Positions 38,383-53,361 of a DNA stretch of 64,000 nucleotides are shown in pieces. A program made the translations under genes and the position numbers. The stretch's first letter is position 1, and each line of letters starts with the position of its first letter. The notes below the pieces were generated by a model, which was not told the origin of the DNA, searched no databases, and was given only the letters and a program-made list of their open reading frames with translations. This DNA comes from a bacterium. Lineage in GTDB: Bacteria; UBA8248. Where the stretch lies: assembly GCA_965202625.1 (NCBI GenBank), contig CBDBBI010000010.1:192001-256000 (forward strand), written 5' to 3'.

Positions 38383-39357
38383 ATGAAAGCGATAAGGGTG
38401 ACCCGGTTCGGGCTCGAGCATCCGATGGTTCTGGAAGACGTGGAGGAGCCGAAGCCGGGGCGCGGCGAGATTTTGGTGCGCGTAGCGGCCGCCGGAGTGA
38501 ATCCTCTGGAAGTCGCCATACGCTCGGGAAAGCATCCGCGCTCCAGGGCGATGCGCCTCCCCTATACGTGCGGCACGGACGTGGCGGGCGAGGTGGAGGC
38601 GGTGGGCGAGGGCGTCGATGCGTTCTCTCCGGGAGATCGGGTATGGGGGCGCGCCCCGGCCGGCGCGTACGCCGAGAGAGGGCTGGTGCCCGCAGACGCG
38701 GCGGGAAGGCTGCCGGATTCCATGTCCCTCGCGCAGGGTGCCGCGCTGCCCATCCCCCTCCTCACGGCCTGGAACGCCTTGATTCTGAAGGGAGAGGCGA
38801 CTCCGGGCGATTGCGTGCTCGTGCAGGGGGGAGCGGGCGGCGTGGGCTATTTGTCCATTCAGCTCGCCCGCGAGGTGGGTTGTCGGGTGTTCGCCACCGT
38901 GAGCTCGAAGGAGAAGGCGGATTTTTGTCTCGCCGCCGGTGCCGAGGCGGCCATCAACTACAGGGAGGAGAACGTGCCCGAGCGCGTGATGGCACTCACT
39001 GCCGGACGGGGCGTCGATGTCGTCGTGGAGACTGCGGGCTGCGAGAATTTGCCCGCCGACCTCACGCTCAACGCCGTCAACGGCCGAATCGTCATCGTGG
39101 GAACGGGGACGGGCAAGGGGCCGGAAGCGACGATTCCGCTGCCGGCGGCCATGGGACGAGACGCCAGAATTCTGGCGCTCTCATCGGGGAATCTGGGCCC
39201 GCTCGTTCCGGGCATCATCCGGCGTCTGTCCCCTTTGCTGGACAGAGGCGCCATCAACCCCCACGTCGGACGGGAGTTTCCGCTTGCGGAGGCGAACGAC
39301 GCCCACGCGCTTTTGTTGAGCGGAAAGTTTCTGGGCAAACTGAACCTCGCACCCTAG
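38383..39357 (+). CDS. NADPH:quinone oxidoreductase (zeta-crystallin/MDR family)
   Basis: AGVNP, G.DVAG.V, GGAGGVG, GKL.L. Confidence 0.9.
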   Translation: MKAIRVTRFGLEHPMVLEDVEEPKPGRGEILVRVAAAGVNPLEVAIRSGKHPRSRAMRLPYTCGTDVAGEVEAVGEGVDAFSPGDRVWGRAPAGAYAERGLVPADAAGRLPDSMSLAQGAALPIPLLTAWNALILKGEATPGDCVLVQGGAGGVGYLSIQLAREVGCRVFATVSSKEKADFCLAAGAEAAINYREENVPERVMALTAGRGVDVVVETAGCENLPADLTLNAVNGRIVIVGTGTGKGPEATIPLPAAMGRDARILALSSGNLGPLVPGIIRRLSPLLDRGAINPHVGREFPLAEANDAHALLLSGKFLGKLNLAP

Positions 39358-39393
39358 CGCAAAACGAACCGCGCTTTGATGAGGGGAGAGAAC

Positions 39394-40083
39394 GTGCGCT
39401 TGCTGAACGGCCATGAAATCGACGTCTGTTTGTTCGACGCCTACGGCACCTTGTTTGACGTGTCCGCCGCCGCCGAGGAGAAGGAATCCGCTCTGGGCGA
39501 TCGGTGGCGGGTGCTCTCCTCGCTTTGGCGGACGAAGCAGATCGAATACACGTGGCTGAGGAGCCTGATGGGGTGTCACGCGGATTTCTGGCGGGTGACG
39601 GGCGACGCGCTGGATTTCGCCCTTGATACTCTGGGAATGGAGGAGCCGGAGCTTCGAGACGAACTCATGGCGCTTTACAAGCGATTGCGCGCGTATCCCG
39701 AGGTGAGAGGCGCACTCGGGAAGCTCCGGAGGAGCCGGATGCGGGCGGCGATTCTCTCCAACGGCTCTCCCGAAATGCTCGACAGCGCGGTGAGAAGCGC
39801 CGATATCGGGGAGTATCTGGAAGCGGTCCTCTCCGCCGAGGAGGTGGGGGTGTTCAAGACGCACCCCTCCGTCTATCAACTGGCGGTGGACAGGCTCGGC
39901 GTTCCCGCCGGCAGAATCTGCTTTTTCTCCTCCAACGCCTGGGACGTGGCGGGCGCGTCGCATTTCGGGTATCGCGTGGTCTGGGTCAATCGATTCGCAC
40001 AGAAAAAAGAGCGCGTCCCGCACGAGATCGACGCGGAAATCGGCTCGCTTGAGGAGCTGGAAGGCGTGCTGGCGTATGCGTGA
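39394..40083 (+). CDS. Haloacid dehalogenase type II
   Basis: FDAYGTLFDV, WR.KQ.EYTWLRSLM, DFW.VT..ALD, LSNG, FK..P.VY, SSNAWD..GA. Confidence 0.93.
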   Translation: MRLLNGHEIDVCLFDAYGTLFDVSAAAEEKESALGDRWRVLSSLWRTKQIEYTWLRSLMGCHADFWRVTGDALDFALDTLGMEEPELRDELMALYKRLRAYPEVRGALGKLRRSRMRAAILSNGSPEMLDSAVRSADIGEYLEAVLSAEEVGVFKTHPSVYQLAVDRLGVPAGRICFFSSNAWDVAGASHFGYRVVWVNRFAQKKERVPHEIDAEIGSLEELEGVLAYA

Positions 40084-40104
40084 AGCCCCCGCATCTCTCG
40101 CGGC

Positions 40105-40689
40105 TTACGAGACGTTCAGCGCACCTCTGAGGGTTTGAATTCTCCCCGCGTGATCGGAATGGCTGACGGGCGGAAGTTTTTCCCTGTTCGTGACGGGAAG
40201 CGCGATGAAGTGCGGTCCCGCCTCGGCGAGGAGCCGGGGGAGGGTTTTGCGAAACGCCCCGAGAGAATCCACCCGCTCCACCTTGCCCTTTCCCGTCGCG
40301 CCGCCGCCCTCAAACCCCGAGGCGCGCGCCAGCGCGACGAAATCTGCCCGGGGGGGGAGCCTTTGCCCGCCCACCATTTCGTAGCTCCTGTTCTCCAGCA
40401 GAAAGACGAGCAGGTTTTCGGGTCCATAGCGCGCCAGCGTCACGAGCGAGCCGAGACTCATCAGCATCCCCCCGTCCCCTTTCCAGACGATGACCTTTCT
40501 CTCGGGTCGCGCGAGGGCGAGGCCCAGGCCGAAGTCGGCGGCGTGCCCCATGCCGAACGCCAGAAAGTCGAAATCGAGGTCGCTTTGCGAGACCAGGGGC
40601 CACTGCAGGGTGGCGGTCATGGTCATCACCACGATCTCTGTCGTTCTGTGCTCCGCCACGGCCTGAAACAGCCCCATCCGCTCTATCAA
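40105..40689 (-). CDS. TPP-dependent decarboxylase beta subunit (sulfopyruvate/phosphonopyruvate decarboxylase-like)
   Basis: MG.A...GLGLALA.P...V....GDG..LM.LG.L.T ... L.N..Y...GGQ. Confidence 0.85.
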   Translation of the reverse strand: MIERMGLFQAVAEHRTTEIVVMTMTATLQWPLVSQSDLDFDFLAFGMGHAADFGLGLALARPERKVIVWKGDGGMLMSLGSLVTLARYGPENLLVFLLENRSYEMVGGQRLPPRADFVALARASGFEGGGATGKGKVERVDSLGAFRKTLPRLLAEAGPHFIALPVTNREKLPPVSHSDHAGRIQTLRGALNVS

Positions 40690-40707
40690 GACGCTCCGCC
40701 TCTGTGG

Positions 40708-41217
40708 TCAGGGTTGGAATGCGTAGCCGGTGAGGACGGCCGCCGGATAGGAGGAGGCCGCCGCCGCTTCGTCCATCAGGTCGAGCGTGCCCAGGTCTTC
40801 GTCCGACATGAGGTGCCAGGTCGGTATCCCCCACGCCTTGAGAAGCGGCTCTGTGAAGGGGTAGGCCGAATCTATCGGCAGCTTGCCCGCCATCGCCCCG
40901 CCGTATCCCCGCCAGCCGACCACCATGCGCAAGGGTACCCTGGGCCCTGCACCGCAGCCTCTCAAGGCGTCTCCCGCCTCCATCAGCCCCGTGTTCTGAA
41001 TCACGAGCAGCGGTTTTTGCCCCCCCGTCCACAGCCCGGCGGCGATGGCGATCGACTCCCCCTCCCGGCAGGGGGTGATGAGGTCGATTTCCGGGGCACT
41101 CTCCAGACGTTCGTAGAGGAGCCTGCTCTCGCTGTCCGGAATCATGAGGACGTGCGTGAATCCGAGTTCGTGAAATTTCCGCACCGTGTGGGTCGCACTC
41201 GCACCTTTTGCGTCCAA
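40708..41217 (-). CDS. TPP-dependent decarboxylase alpha subunit (ComD-like)
   Basis: PDS, REGE.IAIAAGL..GG..P....QNTGL, RG, TEPLL.A.GI. Confidence 0.85.
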   Translation of the reverse strand: MDAKGASATHTVRKFHELGFTHVLMIPDSESRLLYERLESAPEIDLITPCREGESIAIAAGLWTGGQKPLLVIQNTGLMEAGDALRGCGAGPRVPLRMVVGWRGYGGAMAGKLPIDSAYPFTEPLLKAWGIPTWHLMSDEDLGTLDLMDEAAAASSYPAAVLTGYAFQP

Positions 41218-41399
41218 AGGGTTTTCCTCTCCGCCCCTTGATGAGAGTTCCAGGTTCTTTCATATTCAGGCAGCCATCTTCGGCCGCGCGCGTCGCCAAA
41301 GTCAAGGGTTTCCGGCGAGACGATGCGCGAAGCGAGAATGATAGGCGCGCGCGGCTGCGTTTTGGTTTTTCCCGTGCGGTGTGCGGAGAAGGAGCCACC

Positions 41400-42434
41400 T
41401 TGAGAAGACGACCTGTCATCGCGATGACCATGGGGGATCCTGCGGGAGTGGGCCCCGAGGTGTGCCTGAAGGCGGCTCAGGAGGTGCGCGTTCAAAAAAA
41501 ATGTGTCCCCGTCATCGTCGGCGACGCGGCGGTTCTTCGCAAACACGCGCGCAGAATGGGAGTTCGGCCCCGGCTCCAGTCGCTCGCAGAGGAGAAGCCG
41601 CCCCCTCCGGAGTGCGAATCCTCGTCCATTTGCGTGATCGACCTCAAAAACGTCGCTCCCGCGCATCGGGTGTTCGGAGAGGTTCTTCCCGAACTCGGCA
41701 GGGCGTCGGGCGAATACGTCGAAAGAGCCGTCTCGATGGTGCGCACCGGATGGGCGGACGCCGTTGCGACCGCACCGATAAGCAAGGAATCCTTGCAGGC
41801 CGGAGGTTATGACTATCCCGGGCATACCGAAATGCTCGCCGCCCTGTGCGGCGGGGGACGGCCCGTCATGATGCTGGCCCACCGCAGAATACGCATCGCC
41901 CACCTATCCACGCATTGCCCTCTTCGGACGGCGGTTCAGCTCGTGAAGAGAAAAAGAATCGTATGCGTGGGGCGGATTTTCGACGAGGCGTTGTGCCTGC
42001 TCGACCGCAAGAGGCCCAGAATCGGGGTTGCGGGCCTGAATCCCCACGCGGGCGAATCCGGCTTGTTCGGAACCGAGGAGGGGGAGGAAATCGCGCCGGC
42101 GGTTTCGGATTTGCGGGCGATGGGCATCGACGCGCATGGGCCCGAGCCGCCGGATACGATATTCGCGAAATTGCGAGGGGGGCACTACGCTGGCGTCGTG
42201 GCCATGTATCACGACCAGGGACACATTCCGGGGAAGCTGGCGTGTTTTCGCTTCAACGCCCGGGGGGAGGGGAGCGTTCGGGGCGTCAACGTCACGCTGG
42301 GCCTGCCCATCATCAGAACGTCGGCGGAACACGGAACGGGGTTTCCCATCGCAGGGCGGGGGGTCGCCGACCCCTCCAGCATGATCGACGCGCTCCTCCT
42401 CGCCGCCCGAATGGTCAAAAATGGCGGGAAATGA
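41400..42434 (+). CDS. pdxA: 4-hydroxythreonine-4-phosphate dehydrogenase (PdxA family)
   Basis: TMGDPAGVGPE, TAPISK, GHTE, GLNPHAGE.G.FG.EE, DT.F, AMYHDQG, NVTLGLP.IRTS..HGT; TTG start after AAGGAG. Confidence 0.93.
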   Translation: MRRRPVIAMTMGDPAGVGPEVCLKAAQEVRVQKKCVPVIVGDAAVLRKHARRMGVRPRLQSLAEEKPPPPECESSSICVIDLKNVAPAHRVFGEVLPELGRASGEYVERAVSMVRTGWADAVATAPISKESLQAGGYDYPGHTEMLAALCGGGRPVMMLAHRRIRIAHLSTHCPLRTAVQLVKRKRIVCVGRIFDEALCLLDRKRPRIGVAGLNPHAGESGLFGTEEGEEIAPAVSDLRAMGIDAHGPEPPDTIFAKLRGGHYAGVVAMYHDQGHIPGKLACFRFNARGEGSVRGVNVTLGLPIIRTSAEHGTGFPIAGRGVADPSSMIDALLLAARMVKNGGK

Positions 42435-42697
42435 ACAGTTTGTGGTGCCGCTCCGCCAGAGCCGTTTCGCTTTTATGCTTCGGTATCTGAGAAATTTTCT
42501 GCGCACGACGCCGTTGTCTGCCCCCACGACGCCCTGTGCGGGCTGAGACGCAGGGCGGCGTGGGCGAGTAGGTTGGCAGGAGATGCGCGGCCGGCTTCGG
42601 CGACGCCAACGGTTTATAAAATCGCACTGGCTGGCCTGATCCGTGATTGACGGTTCTGGCCGTTGTGGCCACTATCCCGTCAAAATGGAGATAGCCC

Positions 42698-42830
42698 ATG
42701 AAAGCGATTTCCGCCCGGCGCGCGCCCGTTGTGGTCGAAAAGCACGGTCGGCCGTTCGTCGTGGTCATGGCCGTCAAGGAACGTGAAAATCTGACGGGGA
42801 ACATCGTCCTTCCCTCACAAGATAAGGAGC
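42698..42830 (+). pseudogene. Phd/YefM-type antitoxin remnant with internal deletion
   Basis: MKAISAR-RAPVVVEKHGRPFVVVMAVKERENL; lacks the usual 'EAKN.FG.L.D' helix between ISAR and the PV.I.KHGRP..VV strand; GGAG RBS; frame runs on into hsdM. Confidence 0.6.
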
Positions 42831-42837
42831 ACGAACC

Positions 42838-44401
<1,564 letters not shown>

Positions 44402-44409
<8 letters not shown>

Positions 44410-45688
44410 TATCTGGCCGAGAATACCTTTAGATTCTGTTGTCCGCTTCCAAGAAGGTCCGGGCATCCTTGCGAAAGACTTTCATCCAGACGGCGTTCCG
44501 CTTGTTAGGCTTGCGGGGCTTGGCGGGTACGAAGTAACGCTCAACAAGTGTAACTATCTTGATCCGTCTTTCGTAGCGAAGAAGTGGGATCACTTCAGGC
44601 TTAAAAAGGGGGACATACTTATTTCAACGAGTGCATCATTTGGAAGACCTGCGGTTGTGGGTGCAGAAGCCGAAGGCGCAATATTTTACACGGGAATAAT
44701 CCGCTTTCGTTCTATGTCTAGTGAGCTAAACGAGGGCTATTTGAAAAGCTTCCTCGGGTCTCGCGCGTTTATGCTTCAGGCCGAAGCACAGGCGTCAGGA
44801 AGTGTAATTAGTCATTTTGGACCTTCGCATTTGCGCCGGATGGAAATCCCACTGCCGCCATTGAAAGAGCAGCAAAATATCGCGTACGTACATTCCACCC
44901 TCGACGACAAGATCGAACTGAACCGGTGGATGAACGAGACGCTGGAGGCGATGGCGCGGGCGATTTTCAAGGACTGGTTCGTGGATTTCGGCCCCACCCG
45001 CGCCAGGATGGAAGGCCGCGAACCCTGCCTCGCCCCCGAAATCTGGAACCTGTTCCCCGACAGGCTGGATGCGGAAGGCAAGCCGGAGGGGTGGGAGCAA
45101 GGAACCCTTGTGGATATTGCGGATTCCCCGAGGCGAGGCGTTAGCCCAGCCGACGTTGCCGAGGACACGCCCTACATCGGCCTAGAGCATATGCCGCGCC
45201 GTTCAATCGCACTCTCGGAGTGGGAAGGCGCGGGGAAAGTTACGAGCAACAAGTCGATCTTTAAAAAGGGGGAATTCCTGTTCGGGAAACTGCGGCCCTA
45301 CTTCCACAAGGTCGGATTTGCGCTATTGGACGGCATTTGTTCGACTGACATCGTTGTTGTGATCCCGCGAGCCCCGAACTGGGGAGCGTTTACTCTCGCC
45401 TGCCTATCTACGGATGAATTCGTGGATTACACGGATCAGACGTCGACCGGCACGAAGATGCCGCGCACGGGCTGGAATACAATGGGGCAATACGAGGTTT
45501 GCATTCCATCTGAGCAGATTGCCCATGCTTTTCAGAGCATCGCGCAGACGCTGTTTGACCGTGTCAGCACGAACATTCATGAATCCCGCACCCTCGCCCA
45601 AACCCGCGACTTTATTCTTCCGAAACTGATGTCCGGCGAAATCCGGCTCCGTGAAGCCGAGAAGATCGCAGGGGAGGCAGTTGCATGA
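44402..45688 (+). CDS. hsdS: Type I RM specificity subunit S
   Basis: Two TRDs, PLPPL.EQ..I...[24 protein letters not shown] linker, C-terminal L...[11 protein letters not shown]. Confidence 0.95.
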
Positions 45689-46482
45689 AGGTAGCGGCAG
45701 GAGAACCGGTGTACCATGAAGGCAGCGCCCCGTGTTCCGGGCTTGGCCTGAAGTGGTCGGGCGACGAGCTTGATGCTGCGATGAATGGCCGCGTGGCTGC
45801 CGTCCTGTTTGATGACGCAGGCAAGGCCGACATCGAAGGCATTCTGACCGGCCTTCCCGAGACCGACTTTGAGCAGGAAGGGCTTCGCCGTATTCTCTCC
45901 GCTCCCGATGATATGGAGGACTGGCGCGTCGGAGAGGCGATCGCCGAGGCCTATCTCACTGATCACCGCGATTGCTGTTTCCCGTGGCCTGCCGGACGAG
46001 ACGAGCGCAAGCGAGGCTCCAGTCTGCCTGGTGCGGATCTTGTCGGCTTCCATGCCGACGAGCAGGGCGATTGCCTGGCATTTGGTGAAGTCAAGACGTC
46101 CTCCGAAGCCAGGTATCCACCGGGGAGCATGTATGGCCGGACAGGGCTCAAGCAACAACTTGGGGACTTGCGAGACAGGGTTTCCATACGCGATGACCTC
46201 GTCTGGTATCTCTTCCATCGTGCCAAGGGGGCCGATTGGTTTGCGCGGTTCATGAAGGCGACAAAGCGCTATCTGGCCAACAAATCGGACGTGCGGCTTT
46301 ACGGGTTTCTTGTCCGTGATGTTCAACCGCAGAAAGATGACGTGCGAGTCCGTGTGGAAAAGCTCGGAAAGGACTGCCCGGAGGGAACGAAAGTTGAACT
46401 TCTTGCGCTGTATCTTCCGAAGGGCCGCATTAAAGGAATCGGCGCCGCCGCTGTGAAGACAAGGACAGGAGCGGGATCATGA
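45685..46482 (+). CDS. PD-(D/E)xK nuclease, HamA (Hachiman A)-like
   Basis: WRVGEAIAEAYL ... LPGADLVGF ... LAFGEVKTS giving the E-D-ExK catalytic pattern; coupled (ATGA overlap) to the downstream Ski2-like helicase. Confidence 0.7.
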   Translation: MKVAAGEPVYHEGSAPCSGLGLKWSGDELDAAMNGRVAAVLFDDAGKADIEGILTGLPETDFEQEGLRRILSAPDDMEDWRVGEAIAEAYLTDHRDCCFPWPAGRDERKRGSSLPGADLVGFHADEQGDCLAFGEVKTSSEARYPPGSMYGRTGLKQQLGDLRDRVSIRDDLVWYLFHRAKGADWFARFMKATKRYLANKSDVRLYGFLVRDVQPQKDDVRVRVEKLGKDCPEGTKVELLALYLPKGRIKGIGAAAVKTRTGAGS

Positions 46483-49400
46483 CTCTGTCCATGAAATCTC
46501 TTGACGATCTCAGAGAACATTGGGCTGTCAGTGCAATCGGCGCGGAGGATATCGCGCGGGCCGAAAGGCTCGTAAACGAAAATCTCGCCCGTCGAGCGGT
46601 TGGCCAGCAGATAGCCTTTTCGTTCTCGCCAGGTGCGAGTGACGACGCCTTTCTGGAGCGCGTTGCGCTGGCCTTTGAAATGGCGGCTATTGAGGGCCTG
46701 GACGAGCTGAGCCGTCCTTCCGGCGAGAACGCGGCATTGCGCGATCAGGCGACTGCCGCGTCATTCCGCGCTTTTGATATTCGCCGTTTGCTGCCGGTCC
46801 CGACCGAAACGCATGACCGGCTTTTCTTTGTCCTGCAACTTTCCGCCCTTGCCTATTGCGGGGATCGCTGGTCGGACCTTCGCCGCTGGTACAAGGAAAA
46901 CGCCGGGGCACTGGCGGCTCCGAGCGTTGCCGAAAGCCTGTGGGACCGCCGCCTTCTGTACCGTTTGTTCCATTGCTGGGTCCGGTTGTTCCGGAAGGAG
47001 GGCTGGGATGATCTTGACCGGATCAGTGAGATCATCGACGGACTGCGCGACGATCAAAAGATATATGAGAAAGAGCGACTTAAGAACGGTTCGCACGCGG
47101 CGAATCGGGCAATCGCCCTGCGGCTTGCGGCGCTTTATCACTGGGCGAAGAGCACCGAGCTTGTTGCGCAATACATGTTGCAGGGGCAGCCGGCAAACCC
47201 GTTTGGCTTGATTGACAAGCACTTCGACGGGGCCATCAAGGCAGCGACGGCCTCAGGCGACGCGCAGCACGAGATTATTCTGCGCTGGTTACATGCAGCC
47301 GCGCGGATCATGATCACGAACTCGCTTTGGTGGGCGACGCGTACCGTCAATTCACGCACAACGCGTTTTGTCCACTCCTTGACGCACCGCAAACACCAGG
47401 CGATGTTCGAGCTCCTGCCGCCTCAGCGAGCGGCCCTTCTTGAGCAGGGGCTGCTCGATCAGGCCAAGACGGCAATCGTGGTCGATATGCCGACCTCGGG
47501 AGGAAAAACCCTCCTCGCGCAATTCCGCATCCTTCAGGCATTGAATCAGTTCAGCGCCGATGGTGGCTGGGTCGCATATGTTGCGCCCACACGCGCCTTG
47601 TCCGCCCAGATCACCCGGCGGCTGCGAAAAGACTTCGAGCCGCTCGGCGTCCGGGTCGAGCAACTAACGGCCGCGGTCGAGGTGGACGCCTTTGAGGAGG
47701 AGCTGCTGGCGAACAAGGAGCAGCCATTCACGGCCACGGTCCGGGTGGACGTCTTTGAGGAGGAGCAGCCGGCGGACAACGATCCGCCATTCGACATTCT
47801 CGTGGCTACACCCGAGAAGCTGTCCCTCGTCATCCGCAACAAGAAGGTCGAGAACCGGCCGCTTGCCCTCGTTGTCATGGACGAAGCACACAATCTCGAA
47901 ACGAAAGACAGAGGGCTCCGCATCGAGTTGTTGCTCGCGACGGTGAAGAGGGATTGTCCGAAGGCGAACTTCCTTCTCCTCATGCCTTATGTAGAAGGAG
48001 CGGAATCCGTAGCGCGGTGGCTGGCACATGATATAAACGCCGGCCAGGCGATCAGCCTTGGAACGACGCCCTGGAAACCCAATGAACGAATTATCGGCCT
48101 TTATAGTGCCGTTGCGGATGACAGCCAGCGCGCTGGATGGCATCTCAAATTCGAGACTTTAACTGCTACTTCGAAAGCTATGCAGCTTCACGGCACTCAC
48201 CGCGTTGGCGGTGTGAAGCCCATCAATGTTCCCAAAAGCAAGGTGCTTATCAAAGGCCGGCAGGAAGGTTTCGGCCTTCAGACGGCGGCCATTGCGACCG
48301 TCATGTCCGCCCGTGGCACGAGCGTCGCCATAGCCAACCATATTCCCACCGTGTGGAACATGGCCGCCAAGGCGGCAGAGTGCTTGTCGGATTTCGATAC
48401 GATTCCGACCGACATCAAGCTCGTTCAGGATTTTCTGCGCACCGAGATCAGCCCCGACTTCCCGCTGATTGCAATGCTGGACAAGGGAGTCGGTGTCCAC
48501 CATGCCGGTCTTTCCGATGACGTGCGCGGCCTTATGGAGTGGCTTGCCGAAACCGGAAGCCTGCGGATGCTTTGTGCGACCACCACGATTGCGCAGGGGA
48601 TCAATTTTCCGGTTTCCTCCGTTTTCCTGCAAACGCACAAATATCGCTACGGGCAGGAAATGTCGCCGCGCGAGTTCTGGAACCTGGCCGGTCGCGCAGG
48701 CCGTATCGATCATGACAGCGTGGGTGTCATTGGCATTGCGGAAGGTTCGAGTCGAGATTCTCTCATCAAGTTCGTCAGCCGCAACACGGGTGCTCTCGTC
48801 TCGCGCCTTGTCTCGTTGCTGGACGATCTTGCCAAGCAAGGCGAATTGGCGAATCTGTCGGAAGTCCTTTGTCAGGAACAATGGGAGGATTTCCGCTGTT
48901 ACATTGCGCATCTTTGGGCGGAGAAAAAGAACCTCGACGCCGTTCTCTCTGAATCTGATCAGCTCCTTCGCCAGACGTTCGGCTATACGTCTCTGCGAAA
49001 CGACCCCGCGCAGCGGGAGAAGGCTGACGCATTGCTGCTTGCGGCCCACGCCTACGCGCGCGAACTTGCCAAGAAGCCTGGCGTCGCCGAACTTGCGGAC
49101 TCGACGGGCTTCTCACCGGAAGGCGTGGGTAAAGCGATGAGCGAACTTAACCAGCTTGAGACCAAACTCACGCCATCGGATTGGGCTCCGGAGAGTCTTT
49201 TCGGAAAGGGCGGCAAAATCGCCGATTTGTATGGCGTCATGTTGAAAGTGCCGCAACTCCAGAAGCAACTTGAGGAGATTGGCGGCCAGGGTTTTGATCG
49301 CACCCGGATTTCCGATATCACGCGCGACTGGGTGAATGGCAAGGGAATTGACGCCATAGCCAGGGAGTACTTCAGCCGGGAAACGGACGACGAAGGGAGA

Positions 49401-49814
49401 ACGGCTGCGATTACGGATGCCTGCCGCGCCATATATCGCGCGATTGTCAATAATGGAACCTGGGGTGTTTCCGCGCTGAGCCGCATTTCCGGTATCGACT
49501 TTGACAGTCTGCCGGAGGCCGAGCGTCGCAGGATCAATGCGCTTCCCGCGATGATTTATCACGGCGTCCGCACGGAAGATGCGGTTTTGATGCGTATGAA
49601 TGCCGCGCCACGCAGCGCGTCTGTAAACCTAGGGAATTTGTATCGCGAGACAATCGGCGAAGGCGATGGTCGCTATTCCGTCGGCCAAGCCCGCCAATTC
49701 CTGAAAGACCTGAGCGATCGCGACTGGCACCGCGCCCGCCCGGAAAGCGCCGCTCTCTCTGGCGACGGATACAAGCGCGTCTGGGAAGTGCTTTCCGGGG
49801 AGAGAAGCACATGA
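46479..49814 (+). CDS. Ski2-like DEAH-box SF2 helicase, HamB (Hachiman B)-like
   Basis: Q motif LPPQ, Walker [50 protein letters not shown]; ~300 aa helical N-terminus; 1111 aa. Confidence 0.85.
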   Translation: MTLSMKSLDDLREHWAVSAIGAEDIARAERLVNENLARRAVGQQIAFSFSPGASDDAFLERVALAFEMAAIEGLDELSRPSGENAALRDQATAASFRAFDIRRLLPVPTETHDRLFFVLQLSALAYCGDRWSDLRRWYKENAGALAAPSVAESLWDRRLLYRLFHCWVRLFRKEGWDDLDRISEIIDGLRDDQKIYEKERLKNGSHAANRAIALRLAALYHWAKSTELVAQYMLQGQPANPFGLIDKHFDGAIKAATASGDAQHEIILRWLHAAARIMITNSLWWATRTVNSRTTRFVHSLTHRKHQAMFELLPPQRAALLEQGLLDQAKTAIVVDMPTSGGKTLLAQFRILQALNQFSADGGWVAYVAPTRALSAQITRRLRKDFEPLGVRVEQLTAAVEVDAFEEELLANKEQPFTATVRVDVFEEEQPADNDPPFDILVATPEKLSLVIRNKKVENRPLALVVMDEAHNLETKDRGLRIELLLATVKRDCPKANFLLLMPYVEGAESVARWLAHDINAGQAISLGTTPWKPNERIIGLYSAVADDSQRAGWHLKFETLTATSKAMQLHGTHRVGGVKPINVPKSKVLIKGRQEGFGLQTAAIATVMSARGTSVAIANHIPTVWNMAAKAAECLSDFDTIPTDIKLVQDFLRTEISPDFPLIAMLDKGVGVHHAGLSDDVRGLMEWLAETGSLRMLCATTTIAQGINFPVSSVFLQTHKYRYGQEMSPREFWNLAGRAGRIDHDSVGVIGIAEGSSRDSLIKFVSRNTGALVSRLVSLLDDLAKQGELANLSEVLCQEQWEDFRCYIAHLWAEKKNLDAVLSESDQLLRQTFGYTSLRNDPAQREKADALLLAAHAYARELAKKPGVAELADSTGFSPEGVGKAMSELNQLETKLTPSDWAPESLFGKGGKIADLYGVMLKVPQLQKQLEEIGGQGFDRTRISDITRDWVNGKGIDAIAREYFSRETDDEGRTAAITDACRAIYRAIVNNGTWGVSALSRISGIDFDSLPEAERRRINALPAMIYHGVRTEDAVLMRMNAAPRSASVNLGNLYRETIGEGDGRYSVGQARQFLKDLSDRDWHRARPESAALSGDGYKRVWEVLSGERST
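47667..47792 (+). repeat. In-frame 63 bp tandem duplication inside the helicase gene
   Basis: [21 protein letters not shown] followed by [21 protein letters not shown]; both DNA units start ACGGCC and end GCCATTC. Confidence 0.85.
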
Positions 49815-49848
49815 CGGCATTTGCCGAAAACGTCAAGGAGGCCGTGTA

Positions 49849-53007
<3,159 letters not shown>

Positions 53008-53163
53008 TGACCAGAAAAGACGAGACATGAGAAGCTCCGTTCCATGCGGACTCTCTTCCAAAAATTTCTGGGACGCAGGGTGTCCCGGTTCCTTGACGCG
53101 GCGGGCCGGGCGGTATGCGCGGAACCCCCTCGGGTCGCATACGCCCTGGACAGCCTGGTCGGC

Positions 53164-53330
53164 TGTAGCCAGACAAAATAATTGCGAATTTGCACAAAAA
53201 TAACCCGGAATGCCTTGTGAAAAAGACCGTTTTTCGGGGCCTAAACGGCTTGTGAAATGGCCGTGCAAGGGTGTTGCAAAGGTCGCGCAAGGCAGAATCC
53301 GCAAGCGTTGATTGCGGCGAGGGCGTCCGC
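53164..53330 (+). repeat. Diverged non-coding repeat, copy B
   Basis: Collinear with 30214-30364 (see copy A). Confidence 0.7.
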
Positions 53331-53361
53331 AGCCTTTGATATCTCCAAGGAAAATTTGGTT

